Source: an uncultured Planctomycetota bacterium
GTDB taxonomy: Bacteria; Planctomycetota; Planctomycetia; Isosphaerales; Isosphaeraceae
Direction: 5' to 3'
Assembly: GCA_963823665.1 (NCBI GenBank)
Contig: CAWGMQ010000008.1
Location: 288,001 to 352,000 of the forward strand
DNA: 64,000 nt
The notes under the pieces are model-generated. The model was not told where the DNA came from and did not search any database. It was given only the letters and a program-made list of their open reading frames with translations. Made by a program: the position numbers and the translations under genes. Below, piece after piece: positions 1 to 10,243 of this stretch; position 1 is the first letter of the stretch; each line of letters opens with the position of its first letter.

Positions 1-2
1 GC

Positions 3-197
3 CGTGTCTCGGACCTGCGGGCCGAGATCGCACGGCGCGTGCCCGAGCTGGCCCCGCTCATGAAGAACGTGATGATTGCCGTCGATGAGGAGTATGCGGA
101 TGACGACGCACCGGTCAAACCGGGCGCACGAATTGCGGTGATCCCACCGGTGAGCGGCGGGGCAGCGGCACTTTCGCGGAGATCACGACGGCCATGA
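3..197 (+). CDS. moaD: MoaD/ThiS sulfur carrier, 5'-truncated by the window edge; 11 residues follow the GG motif
   Basis: Frame 3 translates ...VMIAVDEEYADDDAPVKPGARIAVIPPVSGG-AAALSRRSRRP*; its stop overlaps the moaE ATG (ATGA at 194-197). Confidence 0.9.
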   Translation, partial: RVSDLRAEIARRVPELAPLMKNVMIAVDEEYADDDAPVKPGARIAVIPPVSGGAAALSRRSRRP

Positions 198-634
198 TCG
201 AGATCACCTCGTCGCCGATTGACCATTCCGCCCTCACCGAGCGGGTTCGAGCGGCGCACGCGGGGGCCGTCTGCACGTTTCTGGGAACGGTGCGTGACCT
301 GACGGGCGACCGCCAGACGGTCGCGCTCGAGTATGAAGCGTATGGGGAGATGGCGCTCAAAAAGCTCGCCGAGCTCGAGAGTGAAGCCCGCAGGCGCTGG
401 CCGATCATCGATCTGGCGCTCGTGCACCGCACGGGCAAGCTTGAGCCGGCCGAAGTCAGCGTTGTCGTCGCGGTCAGCACGCCGCACCGCCATCAAGCGT
501 TCGAAGCATGCCGGTGGCTGATCGACACGCTCAAGGAAGTGGTGCCGATCTGGAAAAGAGAGCGCTGGTCCGACGGACAGGAGGAATGGATCCACCCGGG
601 ACTGAAGCCTTCAGGGGGTGCAGAAAAGGTATGA
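194..634 (+). CDS. moaE: Molybdopterin synthase catalytic subunit
   Basis: GAVCTFLGTVR, LEYEAY, HRTGKL, HRHQAFEAC and LKEVVPIWKRE motifs. Confidence 0.95.
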   Translation: MIEITSSPIDHSALTERVRAAHAGAVCTFLGTVRDLTGDRQTVALEYEAYGEMALKKLAELESEARRRWPIIDLALVHRTGKLEPAEVSVVVAVSTPHRHQAFEACRWLIDTLKEVVPIWKRERWSDGQEEWIHPGLKPSGGAEKV

Positions 635-776
635 CGCGGCAGAATCGCGGTCAGCCAGGTATAATGCAGCACGTGACGGAGGGGATGGACTGCCTTCGCA
701 GGATTCAGCGCGACAGCGCCGCTCACGCGCCCGAACGAAGGCAACGCCTACGTCACAAGCCATCAAGCAGGCATCG

Positions 777-1778
777 ATGACATCCAGACCGAACCAGCTT
801 ATAGACGGATGGGGACGGCCGCATAACAACTTGCGGATCAGCGTCACCGACCGTTGCAACATCCGTTGCGTCTACTGCATGCCCGAGGAGGTTCGGTTTC
901 AGCCCCGTGCGGCCCTGCTGACGTTTGAGGAAATTGAGCGGGTGGCACGCATTTCGGTGACGCTCGGGATCGACAAGGTGAGATTGACCGGCGGTGAGCC
1001 GCTGGTACGCCGCGACCTGCCGAAGCTGGTCGAGAAGCTGGTGGCGATCGAGGGGCTCGACGACGTCGGCTTGACGACCAACGGGATGTTGCTGGCCCCG
1101 GTTGCAAAAACGCTGCGACGAGCCGGTCTTAAAAGGATCAACGTCAGCCTGGACACGCTCGACCCCGCGCGGTTCGAGCGTCTGACCCGGCGCCCCGGTC
1201 TCGAGCAGGTGATCGAGGGGATTCTGGCGGCGAAAGAAGCGGGATTCGAGCCGGTGAAGATCAACGCGGTTGCGATTCGAGGCGAGACTGAAGAGGACGT
1301 CGTGCCGCTGGCCTGCTTCGCACGCGAGCACGGGCTCGAGCTGAGGTTCATCGAGTACATGCCGCTCGACGCCGGTCATCGCTGGGAACGCCAAAAAGTG
1401 CTGTTCGCGGCCGATATCATCGATTTGATCACGGCCGGGATCGGCGAGCTCGTGCCGGTGAGCGACCCGGACCCGCGGGCGCCTGCGGTCGATTATGAGT
1501 ATGCCGATGGAGGTGGGACGCTTGGGATCATTGCTTCGGTGAGCCGCCCGTTCTGCATGAGCTGCAACCGGCTGCGGCTCACATCCGACGGCAAGCTGCG
1601 CAACTGTCTGTTCTCGCTTGATGAGAGCGATGTGCGGGGGCTCTTGCGCGGTGGCGGAAGCGATGAGGAGATCGCCCTGACTTTTCGCGAGTGCGTGGCC
1701 TCGAAGTGGGAGGGCCACGAGATCAACACCTCGCGTTTTATCCAGCCGGAACGGCTGATGCACTCGATTGGAGGCTGA
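777..1778 (+). CDS. moaA: GTP 3',8-cyclase (radical SAM)
   Basis: LRISVTDRCNIRCVYCMP, RLTGGEP, FCMSCNRLRL..C and C-terminal MHSIGG; ATG 777 preferred over the ORF-track start at 618. Confidence 0.95.
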   Translation: MTSRPNQLIDGWGRPHNNLRISVTDRCNIRCVYCMPEEVRFQPRAALLTFEEIERVARISVTLGIDKVRLTGGEPLVRRDLPKLVEKLVAIEGLDDVGLTTNGMLLAPVAKTLRRAGLKRINVSLDTLDPARFERLTRRPGLEQVIEGILAAKEAGFEPVKINAVAIRGETEEDVVPLACFAREHGLELRFIEYMPLDAGHRWERQKVLFAADIIDLITAGIGELVPVSDPDPRAPAVDYEYADGGGTLGIIASVSRPFCMSCNRLRLTSDGKLRNCLFSLDESDVRGLLRGGGSDEEIALTFRECVASKWEGHEINTSRFIQPERLMHSIGG

Positions 1779-1788
1779 AAGTCGCTCG

Positions 1789-2217
1789 ATGAGCACCCCG
1801 GAATCCGAATCGCCCTGGTACCGCGATGGACTGGCCTTCTCGTGCACTCGCTGCGGCGCTTGCTGCACGGGAGCACCAGGTTACGTGTGGGTCTCACCCG
1901 AAGAGATCGAGGCGCTCGCGTCCTATCGCGGCCAGAGCGTCCAGGAGTTTTCGGCCCGGTTCGTCCGCAAGGTGGGCCATGGATTTAGCCTGGTCGAGAG
2001 GCCCGGCGGCGACTGTATCTTCTGGGACAAGAAGGCGGGATGCACCGTCTACCCCGCGCGGCCGGTTCAGTGCCGGACATGGCCATTCTGGCCGGAAAAT
2101 GTGGAATCGCCCGAAGATTGGGAGCACGTTCAATCAGTTTGCCCGGGGTCGGGCAAGGGCCGCGTGTACACGGTGGACGAGATTGTCTCGTCAATTTCCA
2201 GGCATCAAGATGATTGA
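1789..2217 (+). CDS. YkgJ-family CxxCxxCC cysteine-cluster protein
   Basis: CTRCGACC, CIFW, CTVYPARPVQCRTWPFW. Confidence 0.85.
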   Translation: MSTPESESPWYRDGLAFSCTRCGACCTGAPGYVWVSPEEIEALASYRGQSVQEFSARFVRKVGHGFSLVERPGGDCIFWDKKAGCTVYPARPVQCRTWPFWPENVESPEDWEHVQSVCPGSGKGRVYTVDEIVSSISRHQDD

Positions 2218-2692
2218 GTCTATTGGTATGAGTGAAGAACCCGGCCCGGTGGAGCTCGGCTGGGAAGACGAGCTTCGCGCGCTCTACACGGACCTGGATC
2301 GGGAGGTTGCCGCGATCGGGCCGGTATGCGAGTTGAGCGGACGATGCTGCCGCTTCCTGGAGTACGGTCACACCCTCTTCGTCTCGACCGCCGAGGTCGG
2401 TTATCTACTCGAGCTGGCCCCGCCCCCGGCCCGGCCGCTCGACCAGGGCGCGAGCTGTCCGTGGCAGGATTCGCGTGGGCACTGCACGGCGCGCGATGCT
2501 CGGCCGCTGGGTTGCCGTATCTATTACTGTGATCCCACGTTTCAGGAGGCAGCCCACCGGCTTTCCGAGCGATTCATCGCTCGCATGAAGAGGTTCTCTA
2601 GCGATTATGGGATTTCATGGAATTATGCACCACTGCATCGGCACCTCCAGGACGAGCAACGGCTAGGGCGATTCCCTCGGAATCCTTCTTGA
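2210..2692 (+). CDS. YkgJ-like cysteine-cluster protein
   Basis: CELSGRCC, CPW, CTARDARPLGCRIYYC; start overlaps the end of the upstream gene. Confidence 0.75.
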   Translation: MIESIGMSEEPGPVELGWEDELRALYTDLDREVAAIGPVCELSGRCCRFLEYGHTLFVSTAEVGYLLELAPPPARPLDQGASCPWQDSRGHCTARDARPLGCRIYYCDPTFQEAAHRLSERFIARMKRFSSDYGISWNYAPLHRHLQDEQRLGRFPRNPS

Positions 2693-2717
2693 CACTACTC
2701 TAAGCCACCAATACACT
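2689..2717 (+). promoter_or_regulatory. Sigma70-type promoter for the HU/IHF gene
   Basis: TTGACA-N17-TACACT, about 50 bp upstream of the GGAG RBS and GTG start. Confidence 0.7.
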
Positions 2718-2769
2718 TGAGCCACTTCGTGCCCCTGGGGCCGATCGCGCAATCGTGGAGACAGCAATC

Positions 2770-3153
2770 GTGACCAAGAAAGAAATCGTCAAACGGATCT
2801 CCGAAGACATCGGTCTGACTCAGCTCAAGACCAAGGACATCGTGCAGCGAACGCTCGACGCCATCATCCACACCCTGGTCTCGGAGGGTCGGATCGAGCT
2901 GCGCAATTTCGGTGTCTTTGAGGTTAAACAGCGTGCCCCGCGGAAGGCACGTAATCCGCGCACCGGAGACAAGGTGTACGTCCCGTCGAAGAACGTGGTG
3001 ACGTTCAAGCCGGGTAAGGAAATGGAAGAATTGGTTCGAAAGATAGATCCGTCAAAACTTCCGCTATTGGAAGAGGGCTCGGATGCCGATTTAGAGAACG
3101 ACGGACCTGTGGAAGGGGTCTCGGAAGCGGAAGCCAAGGCCTCCGCCGATTGA
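2770..3153 (+). CDS. HU/IHF-family DNA-binding protein with acidic C-terminal tail
   Basis: MTKKEIV...[30 protein letters not shown]...[15 protein letters not shown] at 2757. Confidence 0.92.
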   Translation: MTKKEIVKRISEDIGLTQLKTKDIVQRTLDAIIHTLVSEGRIELRNFGVFEVKQRAPRKARNPRTGDKVYVPSKNVVTFKPGKEMEELVRKIDPSKLPLLEEGSDADLENDGPVEGVSEAEAKASAD

Positions 3154-3429
3154 GGCCGGCCCTCAGGACGCAAGCCACCACCGCCGTAAAGTGCAAATCT
3201 CTCGTCAGAAAGACGCGAGGGCCATGAACTTGCGAAGGAAAGCTCGGATGCAGCTTTCCGATGGCTGTTCGGGTGAGAGACCGGCCAGTCGTCTTCCGGC
3301 GGCGGCGAACGGAATCGGGCTCGGGGCGCTTGGGCAGGAGCCCGCGCGGCGAGTCCCCCCGGAAGAGACCCGAGCAAGGATGGCACGGGTGCTCTGAACG
3401 GGCGGTCACCAAGACGGGAGGAGCCCGAC

Positions 3430-3663
3430 ATGCGGAAACTGTGCGCGGCCTTGGCGATCACGGCTGCGTCCCTCGCCATTTTCGAGGGATGTGCACCGGT
3501 CCCGCTGCCGCATTACGCAGCGTACAAGCCAAGACGAGTCGAAGAGTTGCTGGTTGATTCAGAAAACCTGCGCCAGGCCGGCGACGAATGGGAGCGGTTC
3601 TGGCTGCTCGACCAGCCCTCGCACATGACGCCGTTCCGAACGCACGGCGGTAGCGGTCCCTGA
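3430..3663 (+). CDS. Small putative lipoprotein (planctomycete-type hypothetical)
   Basis: GGAG RBS, hydrophobic leader ending FEGC, then SENLRQAGDEWERFWLLDQPSHMTP. Confidence 0.65.
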   Translation: MRKLCAALAITAASLAIFEGCAPVPLPHYAAYKPRRVEELLVDSENLRQAGDEWERFWLLDQPSHMTPFRTHGGSGP

Positions 3664-3892
3664 TCCGAACGCAAGCCCGGCGCGGGCGTATGCGGTAGAG
3701 ACCGATCACACCGTGCCCTCGCCCTGCCTTCTGCGCTCGTGCAAGGATTTCTGGAAGCGGCCGTCCGGGCTTTTCACCGCCCGGACGCGGCCGCTTCGTC
3801 GTTGTGGCGTGGCGGTCGCGGGTCGAAAAGCTCGATCACGCCGCGATCGCACCTCCGGTCCGTGCTCGCTCCAAGGACGCTCCGCGAATTCA

Positions 3893-4501
3893 TTACGGCT
3901 TGCCTGCCTCGAACTTTTCAAGCTCGAGTGTGGCGGTGCTGCCCCCCACCGCCATCGTTTGCTTGACAACGCCGACATCCGGGGCGAACCACGAAGTCGC
4001 GCTCGCCTGCATCCCTGCGACGGTTCGGTCCATGTCGACTTTGAGGGCCTTGTACTTACCGGCCGGAACCGTGACTTCCTCGCTGTCGCCCGCCTTCATC
4101 TTGACGGTCATCTTCTCGGCGCCCAACGTGGTTTCGACTTCCCACGTCTCGTCTTTCTTGTACGGATACTTGAGGACACAGATCGGCGGCGATAGCTCGA
4201 CACCGTTCATCCGGTGGCACATCACTCCCTTGTCGGTCACCGCGATGTGCGCGGTTCCTGTGACCGTGCCGTCCATGAGCGTCTCGACCACTGCCAGCTT
4301 CTTCCCGTCGATCGTCTCGATCTTGGCAACCTGGTTGGTAAGCTTCTTCTTCTGGCCGTCGCCGCGCAGCTCGTAGATCCACTTCGTGCCAAGCGTCAGG
4401 GGATAGTAGTTCGGCGCCTTCTCCTTGTCGGTTGCCTCATCCTGGGCCACCGCGGCGCTGCTGATCATGAGCACGAGAAACAGTCCCCTTGCATGCTTCA
4501 T
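3893..4501 (-). CDS. Exported hypothetical beta-rich protein
   Basis: Signal peptide MKHARGLFLVLMISSAAVA; NYYPLTLGTKWIY, EEVTVPAGKY and WFAPDVGVVK motifs. Confidence 0.75.
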   Translation of the reverse strand: MKHARGLFLVLMISSAAVAQDEATDKEKAPNYYPLTLGTKWIYELRGDGQKKKLTNQVAKIETIDGKKLAVVETLMDGTVTGTAHIAVTDKGVMCHRMNGVELSPPICVLKYPYKKDETWEVETTLGAEKMTVKMKAGDSEEVTVPAGKYKALKVDMDRTVAGMQASATSWFAPDVGVVKQTMAVGGSTATLELEKFEAGKP

Positions 4502-4821
4502 CTTCTTCACTCCGCTTGCAGAAGTAGTTCCACGATCGACTCGAGCCGGCCTCGATCTATCCGCCGTCTGTTGAAGCGAGAATTTCCATCTGTTTCCTGA
4601 CACCGAACGACGGAACATCCTAACCGATGGGACGGCGATGCGTCATCGAGCGCGAAAAGGCGAGCTCGAGATTCCGGAAAGCACAGCCGGCGCGCGACCC
4701 ACAAATCTGCGATGTGAACCGAGCATCGCCACGATGTCTTGCTCGCTCAATCGGTGGTATGATGAGGTTAGAGAAGAGGGGGGCGAGCGCACGAAACGGC
4801 CGCTCGCCGCGGAGAACCGCC

Positions 4822-5600
4822 ATGACTACAAATCAGTCGCAACCCCGCCAGTGGATGCGGAAACCGATGGCCGCGCTCGGCCTCCTGGGCATCACCGCCG
4901 CGATGGCCACCGCGACTCTGCTGGCCAGACAATCACAAGGCGTCTACGAGGCGCGCCGTGAGCACATGGTGCACGAACAGATCGAGGCGCGAGGAATCAA
5001 GGATAAAGCCGTCCTCGCGGCCTTTCGCAAGGTGCCGCGACATCGCTTCGTGCCGGAGCGCTTGCGGGCGGAGGCATACGACGACGGGCCGCTCCCGATC
5101 GGAGAAAGCCAGACCATCTCGCAGCCTGAGATCGTGGCGATGATGACCGAGCTGATCAAGCCGGACAAGAAGTTCCGCGTCCTGGAAATCGGAACGGGCT
5201 CCGGCTACCAGGCGGCGATCCTCGCCGAGTGCGTCAAGGAAGTCGACTCGATCGAAGTCGTGCCCTCTCTCGGCAAGAAGGCCGAGGTTGTGCTTCGCGA
5301 CCTCGGCTACAAGAATATCAAGCTCCGGATCGGAGACGGCTACCAGGGCTGGAGCGAACGAGCGCCCTATGACGCAATCATCCTCACAGCGGCGCCGCCC
5401 GAAAGAAGTGCCCCGTCCGCTGCTCGAGCAGCTCAAGGTTGGCGGACGTCTCGTCGCGCCGGTCGGGAAGTCCGTCCAGAAGCTCGTTCGCATCACCCGC
5501 ACCGAGGCCGGCTTCGAGCAGGAGTTGATCACCGACGTCCGGTTCGTCCCCATGACCGGCAAGGCACAGGACCACGACCAGGCCGGCGCTGACGATCAGC
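4822..5600 (+). CDS. pcm: Protein-L-isoaspartate O-methyltransferase with N-terminal hydrophobic leader; frameshifted near 5400, 3' end uncertain
   Basis: VPRHRFVP, QTISQP, VLEIGTGSGYQAA, GDGYQGW, APYDAIILTAA; continues in the +1 frame as EVPRPLLEQLKVGGRLVAPVG...VRFVPMTG. Confidence 0.9.
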
Positions 5601-5636
5601 CGTTAAGTCTCGACATCAGAACTGGAGATTCGCACG

Positions 5637-6822
5637 ATGTTCGATCTGATTGCCGTTCAGGAAAGCCTGAAGGAATTCCGCCTCGATGGTTGGCTCTTTT
5701 ACGACTTTCGCGGGCGCAAACGTCCTGGCCAGACGGGTTCTGGGCCTGGACCAGAAGCCCGTGGGGAGCCGGCGGTTCTTTTATTACGTGCCGGCAAGTG
5801 GGCAGCCGCGGAAGCTCGTGCATCGGATCGAAACGGCGGCGCTCGATAGCCTGCCCGGAGAAAAGTCGATTTACCTGCGCTGGCAGGATCTCGAATCGGG
5901 TGTGGCGCGGCTGCTGGAAGGCAGCAAGCGAGTGGCGATGGAATACGCCCCTCGCGTCTCCAACCCGTACGTCTCACGGGTCGACGCCGGCACGATCGAT
6001 CTGGTTCGCAGTTGCGGTGTCGAAGTGGTCTCATCCGGTGACCTGATCCAGCGCTTCGAGGCAACTTGGGACGACGCCCAGTGGCAGATGCACAAGGATG
6101 CAGAAAAGGTGACAACCGCGGCATACGACGTGGCGTGGGGTTTGATCCGCGACCGCGTGCGCTCCGGCGGCACGATCCAGGAGACCGAAGTGCAATCGGC
6201 CATCATGGACCATTTCCACAGCCACGGCCTGACGACCTATAGCCCCCCGATCGTAGGCGTGGGACCGCACGCCGGCGACCCGCATTACGAGCCGATCAAG
6301 GGCAAAGACGCGGCCATCGGCAAGAACGACCTGGTGCTGGTCGACCTCTGGGCCAAACTCGATCGCCCAAGGTCGGTCTACAGCGACCTCACCCGGATGG
6401 GGTATGTCGCCGACACAGTACCCGAGAAATACGAGAAGATTTTCGCGATAGTCGCCGCAGTGCGCGATGCGGCGATCAAGTGCGTGCGCGACGCGTACGC
6501 CGCAGGCCGGCCGCTACATGGCTGGGAGGTCGACGCCGCCGGCCGCGCCGTGATCGACGCAGCAGGCTACGGCCCTCAGTTCATCCACCGGATCGGCCAC
6601 AACATCGGCCAGGAGGTCCACGGCAACGGCGCCAATATGGACAACCTCGAAACGCACGACGAGCGGCTGGTGCTGCGGCGAACCTGCTTCTCGGTCGAGC
6701 CGGGGATTTACTTCGATGAATTTGGAATGCGCAGCGAGGTGAATGTGTTCGTGGACGGGGATGGGAAGGTGCACGTGACGGGAGGGCTTCAAGAGAAAAT
6801 ATTGCCGATTCTTGCGGGTTGA
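5637..6822 (+). CDS. M24-family (Xaa-Pro) metallopeptidase; frameshifted near 5714
   Basis: GGAG RBS, MFDL..DGWLFYDFRG joins ANVLARRVLG; DPHY, DLW, SDLTR, HRIGHNIG, HG, FSVEPGIY and RSE metal-ligand motifs. Confidence 0.9.
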
Positions 6823-7006
6823 TCGCGGATCGCACGCGATTCATAAAACCATCGCGGCCGGCCGAGCCCCGGGGCCTGAGTAGCAATGGAACAGGCCTGC
6901 TCTCGTCGGGGCCCGGCCGGCCGGCGGCGTGTTGTCGCCGCAGTCAGAGAATCAGGGCCATGATTGGCATGATCAACCGCGAACAAGTCTCGAGGTCGCT
7001 TTTGCT

Positions 7007-7327
7007 TTACGGCCGGTTACCGTCTTGCGAGCGCTCGCTTGCTGGGAGGTTCTCGGCGATCTTTTTTCGCTGGCTCGCCTTGTAGAGTTGATAGGCGGCT
7101 TCCAGGTTCAACCACAACATGGCTGAAGTCCCGAACGCGTTTCCGAGATCAATGGCGGTATCGGCGGTGATCATCTTGTGGCCGTTGACAATTCCATTCA
7201 CCGTCTGATACGGCCGCCCCATTTTGGCGGCCAGTTTCTCTTGAGACCATCCCCGCGCTTCCAGCTCTTCTCGGATGAACTGACCTGGTGGGACTGCGAA
7301 TCGAATAGGAGTTTGCTTTGTGGCCAC
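7007..7327 (-). CDS. higA: HigA-family antitoxin (HTH-XRE)
   Basis: PPGQFIREELEARGWSQEKLA...ITADTAIDLGNAFGTSAMLWLNLEAAYQL. Confidence 0.88.
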   Translation of the reverse strand: MATKQTPIRFAVPPGQFIREELEARGWSQEKLAAKMGRPYQTVNGIVNGHKMITADTAIDLGNAFGTSAMLWLNLEAAYQLYKASQRKKIAENLPASERSQDGNRP

Positions 7328-7348
7328 CGTTCGCCCCTTTCTCCGGTT

Positions 7349-7645
7349 TCAGTGGTAATCCTCTATGCCGGTGATCACGAGTTGGTTGTGCTCGCCAGCC
7401 TTTTCGATCTGAAAAATCAAGCGAAACTGTTTGTTGACCCGCATGGAATACTCGTGCTTGCGCTTCCCCTTGAGTTTCTCGAAATGGAGCGACTTGAAGT
7501 GTCTCAGGTCGTTCTCGTCGTGGACTGACCGAATGAACTGCATGAGCGCTCGGAACGCGGTAACGATGTTTTCTCCGTAGCCTCCGTCGTATTCAGGATC
7601 ATCTTCGATCCGTCGCAAGGTCTTGTTGGTGTGCCGGGCCAGCAT
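7349..7645 (-). CDS. higB: HigB/RelE-like toxin (plasmid maintenance killer family)
   Basis: SLHFEKLKGKRKHEYSMRVNKQFRLIF...IEDYH; toxin lies upstream of the antitoxin. Confidence 0.88.
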   Translation of the reverse strand: MLARHTNKTLRRIEDDPEYDGGYGENIVTAFRALMQFIRSVHDENDLRHFKSLHFEKLKGKRKHEYSMRVNKQFRLIFQIEKAGEHNQLVITGIEDYH

Positions 7646-7670
7646 CGAATACCATCCTATCGCTGATTCG

Positions 7671-7700
7671 ACGATACCGGAGAGATTTACCAGTTGTCAA
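7671..7700 (-). promoter_or_regulatory. Putative sigma70 promoter of higBA
   Basis: Minus strand TTGACA-N18-TATCGT, about 25 bp before the higB start. Confidence 0.45.
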
Positions 7701-7900
7701 AGCGGTTAGTGAACAACGGCGGTGATGGACACCAAACCAGCAAGGCGAGCAACGCCACCGCAAGTGGAATATGCGCCCGATCTGTGCCTCGGATACGACG
7801 CGGCAACAAATCTGGCGGCAGACCACTGTCTTGAACTGGCGAGTCAGTGCCGAATGGATCGCGAACGATTGGCCGAATCACGGACAGGGTTCAGCACAGT

Positions 7901-8734
7901 TCACTCGCCGACAGATATCAATTGCATGTCTTCCACGTCGTCACCTTTGGTGTCTTCTGGTAAAGGGTCTAGAATCCAGTTCTCACGTTCGCGCCGTACT
8001 CCATCCTCGTCGCGGACCCAGGTCTCCTCTCGCAAGAGCACGCCGCTCCACAGACCATACGCTGCGAAGCACTCCCTGGCGCGTCAAAGGTTCGCACGAC
8101 GACAATTTGCGATCCAAGCGGTCCCCAGACGAGATCAGAATGGCCATTCCGAACCCCAACGGACCGAACGCTCGCCCCACCGACGACAGCACCATCGGCG
8201 CTAATGACCAGGTCGAGTAAGTCGTCCGACAGACTGCCGTCGTACCCACTCCCGGCAACCGGTTGCACCCGAGTCTTCCCGTCCGGTGAGATCAGAACAG
8301 GCCCGCCAGCGCGCAGGGTTTGCGGGGTTTCGATCCGCGACCGGACATCGAAGTAGCTCGCCAGATCGAACAGCTCTTTTTCCGATCGTTTGAGCGAATA
8401 CCCGGGCAGACCACGCCAGCGGATATACTGCATGACGTGATCATTGTGCCCCTGGATTTGCTGATCCTCCCCGGACTGGCGGACGCACCCACTGAACCTT
8501 GTGATCAGGAGTCCCGTGGCTCGATCGATGCGACAAATGTCGCCGAATCCCCCTCCTCCGACGTAACCATAGATCGTGAGCTCGCCGCGCCAGATTTCCC
8601 GCTCAGCTTCCCACCATCCAGAGTAATAATGAGACCCGCGCTGGTCAGCGCGCGATCGCCCAGCAAGCGAGCGCCACAACAGCAACCCTGACCATCATTG
8701 ATCGGATCCTGAACCTTGTCCATGGAATTGGCAT
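7901..8734 (-). pseudogene. Hypothetical membrane-anchored protein, paralog of 8764-9600, with two compensating frameshifts (~8645 and ~8078)
   Basis: MPIPWTRFRIRSMMVRVAVVALACWAIAR / QRGSHYYSGWWEAEREIWRGELTI...VVVRTFDA / RECFAAYGLWSGVLLREETWVRDEDG...ISVGE* aligns end to end with the neighbour; may be intact in vivo. Confidence 0.7.
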
Positions 8735-8763
8735 GGCAGGTCTCGTGGATGATTCGACAGAAT

Positions 8764-9600
8764 TCACTCGAACACAGCTATCGATTGCGCATCTTCTCCT
8801 TCGTGGCCATCGTTAATTTCTATTGGCAACGGGGGAAGCGAATCGGATCGTGTCCGCCGGATTCCATCCTTTTCGCGGACCCAGGTCTCCGATCGAAGGC
8901 ACCCGCCGTTCCATAGGCTGTACGCTTTGAAGGACTCCTCGTGCGCTTCAAGCGTTCGCACGACGACAAATCGCGATCCGGGTGGCCCCCAGACGAGTTC
9001 GGAATCGCCCTTTTCTGATCGAACGCACGGCTTGCCGACGACGTCATCGCCGGCGCTGATGACGAGGTCCAGTGCGTACTCCGACACGCTACCGTCGTCC
9101 CCCCTGCGAGAAAGCGGTTCTACGCGAGTTTTCCCGTCCGGTGCGACCAGAACAGTCCCACCTGCGCACAGTCTCTTCGGCGTTTCGATCCGCGACTGGG
9201 TGTCGAAGTAATTCGCCAAGTCGAACAGCTCTTTTTCCCAGCGCTTGAACGAATTCTTCGGCAGACCGTGCCAGCGGATGTATTGTGCGACGCGAAGGTT
9301 GTGTCCGTGGACTCGCTCCTGCTCCCCAGCCTCGATTTGGCACCCCCAAAACCATTTGACAGGTAGTCCCGTCACCCTATCAACGCCGTGGCCCTCGTCG
9401 GAGCTGCAGTGTTCGCAATCGCAGTGTTCGCTCCTGAAAACTGTCAACTCCCCACGCCAGATTTCCCGCTCAGCCTCCCACCATCCAACGTCGTAATACG
9501 ACCACCGCTGGTATCGCACATAAGCCCACGAGCCGACCGCCAGTACAACGACCCAAACCATCATCGATCGTAGTGTGAATCGCATCCGCGGAAGTCGCAT
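8764..9600 (-). CDS. Hypothetical protein with planctomycete-type RFTLRSMM N-terminal membrane anchor
   Basis: RBS GAAGGAG, MRLPRMRFTLRSMMVWVVVLAVGSW; 278 aa open frame. Confidence 0.75.
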   Translation of the reverse strand: MRLPRMRFTLRSMMVWVVVLAVGSWAYVRYQRWSYYDVGWWEAEREIWRGELTVFRSEHCDCEHCSSDEGHGVDRVTGLPVKWFWGCQIEAGEQERVHGHNLRVAQYIRWHGLPKNSFKRWEKELFDLANYFDTQSRIETPKRLCAGGTVLVAPDGKTRVEPLSRRGDDGSVSEYALDLVISAGDDVVGKPCVRSEKGDSELVWGPPGSRFVVVRTLEAHEESFKAYSLWNGGCLRSETWVREKDGIRRTRSDSLPPLPIEINDGHEGEDAQSIAVFE

Positions 9601-9684
9601 GGCACGGTCTCCTTCCCGCCGTCTCAAAACGCAACAGCGCGTTCGGAACTCCTCAACGTCTTTCCAAGCGTCAACCCGTCCAAA

Positions 9685-9755
9685 CTACCCGGCCAGGATT
9701 CGAACCTGGAAAAACAGGACCAAAACCTGTTGTGATACCGTTTCACCACCGGGTA
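9685..9755 (-). tRNA. tRNA-Gln(TTG), CCA not encoded
   Basis: Acceptor stem TACCCGG/CCGGGTA, anticodon arm ACAGG-TTTTGGT-CCTGT, T-arm CCAGG-TTCGAAT-CCTGG. Confidence 0.95.
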
Positions 9756-9982
9756 AGGCTGGGTGTATTCTAGCGGGTCAAGCACGGCGCGAAAAGTCGA
9801 GAAGAGCTCCGTGATCGCGATGTGGAGGCTCTTCGCATCGCTTCTGGATTCGTCTAGATTCTTGACTTCAAGCATTTTGAGGCGAGCGCTGGCTTGGCGA
9901 GAGGCGATGTGTGGCCACCGCTCCGCTCGATCTTCGGCGCCGAATTTGGGAAGAAGCAGCACTTAATGCGGAGGCTCCGAAG

Positions 9983-10243
9983 ATGGACTTCCCCGCGGAA
10001 CACTACTTCCAGACGGCGACGCAGCGGATGCGACAGGCGCAGTATCTCTATGCTGTGAACGAAATATATAAGCTATGGGCGAACAATTACAGGTTCGCGT
10101 CCGAAGAGCGCCTTCGTTCTCACTTGAAGCGAATCACCGGGTACCAGAAAATCAAGGGCAACTACTTGAAGGAGCAGACGCGACAGTTCCTGAGTTCGGC
10201 TCAAAAGTTTATCGACAAGCGGGTAGTACAGTGGCAAGCGTGA
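9983..10243 (+). CDS. Short helical protein resembling an internally deleted HEPN-like protein
   Basis: GGAGG RBS; AEHYFQTATQRMRQAQYLY directly followed by AVNEIYKLWANNYRFASE; family assignment tentative. Confidence 0.45.
   Translation: MDFPAEHYFQTATQRMRQAQYLYAVNEIYKLWANNYRFASEERLRSHLKRITGYQKIKGNYLKEQTRQFLSSAQKFIDKRVVQWQA

Noticed and set aside
5288..6046. 252-aa ORF as a separate gene or a pcm-peptidase fusion
   Set aside because: Only its first part is the pcm C-terminus; the rest overlaps the peptidase out of frame, and the peptidase has its own RBS and ATG.
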